NCBI GenBank assembly: GCA_004556155.1
Contig: SFIM01000038.1
Coordinates: forward strand, 1-26,517
Source of the DNA: Clostridiales bacterium
GTDB taxonomy: Bacteria; Bacillota; Clostridia; Christensenellales; Aristaeellaceae
Length of the DNA stretch: 26,517 nt
Direction of reading: 5' to 3'
The translations under genes were made by a program, and so were the position numbers. Below, in pieces: positions 23,298 to 26,517 of the stretch. Position 1 is the stretch's first letter, and the number at the start of each line of letters is the position of its first letter. Below the pieces are notes generated by a model. It saw only the letters and a program-made list of their open reading frames with translations. It had not been told where the DNA came from and ran no database searches.

Positions 23298-24569
23298 CTA
23301 TTTAAGCAGCTCGCGCACCTGCTCGCTCAGCTCACGCAGGCGGGTGACGGCCTCCAGCGCGTCGGACAGGAAGGGGAACACATCCCGCCGGGGGCGTGCT
23401 GCGCCGTTGGGGTGCTCGGCCAGGATATCGGCATAGCGCTTTTCAGCCCGGCGCACCGCATCCTCCCAGGAGATATAGATGCGCTCCTGCGCGGTCTGTC
23501 CGATGCGGTGGATTTCATCCGGATGCGCGCACGCCCACAGCGCCTGCGCGCACAGGCTCTGCGCGTTTTCATCCATCAGCAGACCGGTCTGGCCATCGTC
23601 AATGCCCTCGGCCGCGCAGCTGCCGCGCACCAGCAGGGCGGGCAGGGCGCAGGCGGCCGCCTCGCGCACCACAATGCCGTTGGTGTCAAAGGTGGAGGGG
23701 AACAGGAACAGATCGCCCCGGCTGTAATAGGCGCGCAGCAGCTCGCGGTCGCGCACCGCGCCGGCGAAAACGCAGTCCTCCCACAGGCCGTTTTCGCGGG
23801 CAAGCGCCTGGATATCCGCCATGTCCGTGCCATCGCCCACAAACAGCATGGTAAAGCGCGCGCCCTGCGCCCTGGCCTGCGCCAGGCCGTCCAGGATCAG
23901 GCGGATGCCCTTATACCAGCGCATGCGGCCGATAAAGAGGAAAACGGGGCGATCCTGTTGCAGGTGATGGCGCTGGGTAATGGCGGCGATTTCCGCCTCC
24001 GTCGCGCGGCCGCGGGGGAAATCCACACCGTTTTCCATCACGCGGTATTCGCCCCGGAAGCCCAGCGAGCGCAGGTTTTCGCCCGCGCCGCGGCTGACCG
24101 TCCATACCTCGTCGCAGGCTTCGATGTTGCGCACCATGGCTGTAATCAGCTGGTTCTGCAATAGCTCGCCCTTCAGCGCCGTGCGGATGTCGATATCAAA
24201 CTTGGTGTGATAGGTAAACACCACCGGCGCGCCCGTGCCCTCGCGCGCCGTGCGCGCCAGCAGGGTGGAGGCCACCGGGCAGTGCGTGTGCAGGATATCG
24301 GGGTGAAAATCATCAATGGCCGATACCGCCCGCGCGCTGAAGGGATAGCCCGCGCGGTAGCCCACCAGCCTGGTGGTGTTCACGCTGGCATAGCGCAGCA
24401 CGGGGTAGGGATAATCATCGGTTACGCCGGGATATTCGGGGGTGGCGACCATGACGGGATAGCCATCGTCATGCAAAATACGGGCATAGTTTGTTACCAC
24501 ATTGGCCACGCCGTCAATCGTCGGCGGGAAGGAATCGTTCAAAAGCGCAATGCGGGGCTGATCCGCCAT
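23298..24569 (-). CDS. Family 4 (GT-B, group 1) glycosyltransferase, possibly a glycolipid synthase
   Basis: The true start is MADQPRIALLNDSFPPTIDGVANVV (ATG 24569-24567) behind GGAGGGAG. The C-terminal half has the FLFPSTFDTNGIVVREAAACALP (E-x7-E-like) GT4 signature. The 250 codons upstream in the track ORF are read-through across the next gene in another frame. Confidence 0.8.
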   Translation of the reverse strand: MADQPRIALLNDSFPPTIDGVANVVTNYARILHDDGYPVMVATPEYPGVTDDYPYPVLRYASVNTTRLVGYRAGYPFSARAVSAIDDFHPDILHTHCPVASTLLARTAREGTGAPVVFTYHTKFDIDIRTALKGELLQNQLITAMVRNIEACDEVWTVSRGAGENLRSLGFRGEYRVMENGVDFPRGRATEAEIAAITQRHHLQQDRPVFLFIGRMRWYKGIRLILDGLAQARAQGARFTMLFVGDGTDMADIQALARENGLWEDCVFAGAVRDRELLRAYYSRGDLFLFPSTFDTNGIVVREAAACALPALLVRGSCAAEGIDDGQTGLLMDENAQSLCAQALWACAHPDEIHRIGQTAQERIYISWEDAVRRAEKRYADILAEHPNGAARPRRDVFPFLSDALEAVTRLRELSEQVRELLK

Positions 24570-24583
24570 GGGGTCTCCCTCCT

Positions 24584-25225
24584 TTATACGTTGTCGGGCA
24601 GGGCAGTTTTCAAATCGTCCAGAAAGGCGTTTTCGCCAATCAGGGTCAGGCGGTACGCGCCGTTTTCCGCCTGCGCGGCGGTGACGGAGGCGTTGGGCAC
24701 AAAGGGCACGCCGCGCATATCCAGCACCGTGCCGCCCTGCCAGCGGCATTGCAGCGCGCGCACGGGCGTGGCGTGGGTGAACAGCGCGACGGTCTGGCCG
24801 GGATGCGCGGCCACGGCGCGCGATACCGCCGCCTGCACGCGATCGAACAGGTGCGCCACGCTTTCGCCCTGCGGGCAGACGCAGCGGCCGATATCGTGCC
24901 GCCAGCAATCGTATAGCTGGGCGTATTCGCGCTCGATCTGCACAAAGGGCATGCGCTCCCACCGCCCGGCGCAGATTTCGCGCAGATCGGGCTCGGGGCG
25001 GATGGGCAGGCCGAAGGCCGCCGCCGTCGGCTGGGCGGTCTGCATGGCGCGCATCAGGTCGCTGGCGTAAATCGCATCGATCCTGAAATTCTTTTGCAGA
25101 TAGGCTGCCGTGCGGCGCGCCTGCTCCTGCCCCAGGGGGGACAGGGGCACATCGTAATGCCCGGTAAACACCTGCGTAACGTTGGTAACGCTTTGCCCGT
25201 GGCGGATTAAAAGCACCGTGGTCAT
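24584..25225 (-). CDS. Histidine phosphatase family protein (phosphoglycerate-mutase-like)
   Basis: N-terminal LLIRHGQS catalytic motif, with SDLMRAMQTA and a downstream THATP histidine. Lies 14 nt upstream of the GT4 gene. Confidence 0.8.
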   Translation of the reverse strand: MTTVLLIRHGQSVTNVTQVFTGHYDVPLSPLGQEQARRTAAYLQKNFRIDAIYASDLMRAMQTAQPTAAAFGLPIRPEPDLREICAGRWERMPFVQIEREYAQLYDCWRHDIGRCVCPQGESVAHLFDRVQAAVSRAVAAHPGQTVALFTHATPVRALQCRWQGGTVLDMRGVPFVPNASVTAAQAENGAYRLTLIGENAFLDDLKTALPDNV

Positions 25226-25254
25226 CGTGCCGGCTCCTGTTGTGTGATGACAAT

Positions 25255-25283
25255 ATTTTAATGGGCTGGAAAAGTTTTGTCAA
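25255..25283 (-). promoter_or_regulatory. Candidate sigma-A promoter of the phosphatase-GT4 operon
   Basis: On the minus strand: -35 TTGACA (25283-25278), 17-nt spacer, -10 TAAAAT (25260-25255). Confidence 0.5.
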
Positions 25284-25341
25284 TGCAACTTTCGGGCGGA
25301 TATCGGGTGCGCGGCGCAATTGTAAAACCCGCGCGGATGCC

Positions 25342-25370
25342 TTGAAATTGGCGCAGCGGGGGCGTATACT
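25342..25370 (+). promoter_or_regulatory. Candidate sigma-A promoter of the lipoprotein gene
   Basis: -35 TTGAAA (25342-25347), 17-nt spacer, -10 TATACT (25365-25370). Confidence 0.5.
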
Positions 25371-25398
25371 GTCAGAGCAGCCAGAAAAGGAGGCTTTT

Positions 25399-26127
25399 AT
25401 GAAGATGAAAAAGCTGATTTGCTTTATTCTTTGCCTGTCGATTTGCCTTGCCGCCTGCCTGTCCGCCTGCGCGGAGCAGGCCGATGAGCGTGAACTGCGC
25501 CTGGCGGCCTATCGCGAGGCGCTTGAAACGCTGTATCAGCAGCACCGCTATCCCGATGGCGAGGAGGCCGATTTCAGCACGGAGGAGGGCGCGGAGACGG
25601 AAAACAGCTTTGCCCTGTGCGATGTGGATGGCGATGGCCAGGAGGAGCTGATCCTGCATATGATGGCGACCATTGTGGCCTGGCAGACCGAGGCGGTATA
25701 CCGCTATGATGCTGAAACCGGCGCGCTGGAGGAGGAACTGATCGAATATCCAGCTGTCACCTACTATGCCAACGGCTATGCCGTGGCGCAGTGGTCGCAC
25801 AATCAGGGGCTGAGCGACGATGACTTCTGGCCTTACAATCTGTATGCCTATAGCGCGGATACGCAAACCTACGAGCTGATTGCCAGCGTGGACGCCTGGG
25901 CCAAGGCGCGCTCCCTGCAGCATTGGGAGTTTGATTTTCCCTATCCCGATCAGATTGACGCGGAGGGCGCGGGCAGCGTATATCTGGTTACGCCCAGGGG
26001 TGGCGGCACGGACGTGCTGAGTCAAACGGACTACCATGCCTGGCTGGCCGCCTTCGACCTGACCGAGCCCATCGCGGTGGCGTATCTGCCCCTGACGGCG
26101 GAAAACATCGCGGCTGTGGGAAACTGA
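25399..26127 (+). CDS. Hypothetical lipoprotein
   Basis: Start at MKMKKLICFILCLSICLAACLSAC (ATG 25399) behind AAAGGAGG, with an LSAC lipobox. The mature part is acidic and no family is recognised. Confidence 0.7.
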   Translation: MKMKKLICFILCLSICLAACLSACAEQADERELRLAAYREALETLYQQHRYPDGEEADFSTEEGAETENSFALCDVDGDGQEELILHMMATIVAWQTEAVYRYDAETGALEEELIEYPAVTYYANGYAVAQWSHNQGLSDDDFWPYNLYAYSADTQTYELIASVDAWAKARSLQHWEFDFPYPDQIDAEGAGSVYLVTPRGGGTDVLSQTDYHAWLAAFDLTEPIAVAYLPLTAENIAAVGN

Positions 26128-26138
26128 ACAAAGAAGAA

Positions 26139-26175
26139 AAAGCCGCTCCTGATTCGGCTGGATGGAGCGGCTTTC
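26139..26175. terminator. Bidirectional terminator between convergent genes
   Basis: Stem AAAGCCGCTCC (26139-26149) pairs with GGAGCGGCTTT (26165-26175), with an A-run before and T-rich sequence after. Confidence 0.6.
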
Positions 26176-26187
26176 GTTATGCGTTTT

Positions 26188-26517
26188 TTACGGGGCGGGC
26201 GTCAGCCGCACAGCCAGCAGGGGCTGGGCGAAGGTCAGCGTGAACACGGCGGAATCGCCATCGACCGTGCAATCAACCGCCGTTTCCGTGCCGTCCGCAT
26301 TGAGCAGGGACAGGGTGCAGCCGTTTACCAGCTCGGCAGGCAGGGCGACCCTCACTTGGCAGGAAGCCTTGGAAAGCTGGCCGCCGTAGACGTAGCCCAG
26401 CGTCAGCAGCTTTTCGCCGCTGGCCAGCGTCCCTACGCGAAGGAGGGCTTCGCCATGCGGGATTCTGCCGCTGACGATCTTGACGGAAGCGTTGGCCAGC
26501 GCCAGCCTGGAGCCGTC
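26188..26517 (-). CDS. 3' end of a minus-strand gene running off the window (hypothetical protein, C-terminal 109 aa)
   Basis: The frame is open from the window edge to the stop at 26190-26188 and reads ...DGSRLALANASVKIVSGRIPHGEALLRVGTLASGEKLLTLGYVYGGQLSKASCQVRVALPAELVNGCTLSLLNADGTETAVDCTVDGDSAVFTLTFAQPLLAVRLTPAP. It is convergent on the terminator at 26139-26175. It is absent from the ORF track because it has no start in the window. Confidence 0.5.
   Translation of the reverse strand, partial: DGSRLALANASVKIVSGRIPHGEALLRVGTLASGEKLLTLGYVYGGQLSKASCQVRVALPAELVNGCTLSLLNADGTETAVDCTVDGDSAVFTLTFAQPLLAVRLTPAP

Noticed and set aside
24570-25319. N-terminal 250 codons of the 673-aa track ORF 23298-25319
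   Set aside because: This part overlaps the histidine-phosphatase gene in a different frame and is Arg/Pro/Ala-rich. The glycosyltransferase homology begins at MADQPRIALL, which has its own GGAGGG RBS.

Overview
This is a GC-rich chromosomal segment: hand-counted 100-nt coding samples give about 59-69% GC. It reads like a spore-forming Firmicutes/Clostridia genome, with GGAGG-type RBSs, a CwlD-like amidase, and a MelA colinear with Bacillus MelA. All family calls rest on motif recognition by eye; no database search was possible.

The gene content is ordinary housekeeping:
- an AraC-type regulator divergent from melA (GH4 alpha-galactosidase)
- addA, with no adjacent addB
- nagB
- glmM plus a stand-alone GlmU-C-terminal-like hexapeptide acetyltransferase
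- cwlD
- an 861-aa secreted wall protein (3 PG-binding domains, 5 SH3b repeats, unassigned C-terminal domain)
- a small coiled-coil ORF, ftsH and a DUF308/HdeD-like gene, translationally coupled
- tldD and pmbA
- ssrA (tmRNA) and smpB
- an S51 peptidase-E-like gene
- a GT4 glycosyltransferase plus a histidine phosphatase
- a lipoprotein, and a partial minus-strand CDS at the right edge

I recognise no defence, toxin-antitoxin, CRISPR, prophage or IS gene. The unusual material is intergenic:
1. A multi-copy family of modular, nested, hairpin-rich palindromic repeats occupies six loci of 0.14-0.8 kb. Five of them start at the first base after a stop codon. They have purine/G-rich (SD-like) and C-rich (anti-SD-like) outer arms and paired stem substitutions between copies.
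2. A second hairpin-train module (about 97% identical copies at 2848 and 18076) sits in one case between a terminator hairpin and its T-tract, flanked by a 32-bp duplication of that hairpin.
3. Ten DnaA boxes lie within 363 bp upstream of and overlapping the cwlD start, with no dnaA in the window.
4. Twin perfect 16-bp palindromes bracket the addA promoter.
5. An AT-rich non-coding tract and a lower-GC peptidase gene flank ssrA-smpB.

Many long ORFs in the supplied track are antisense or off-frame shadows typical of GC-rich DNA.
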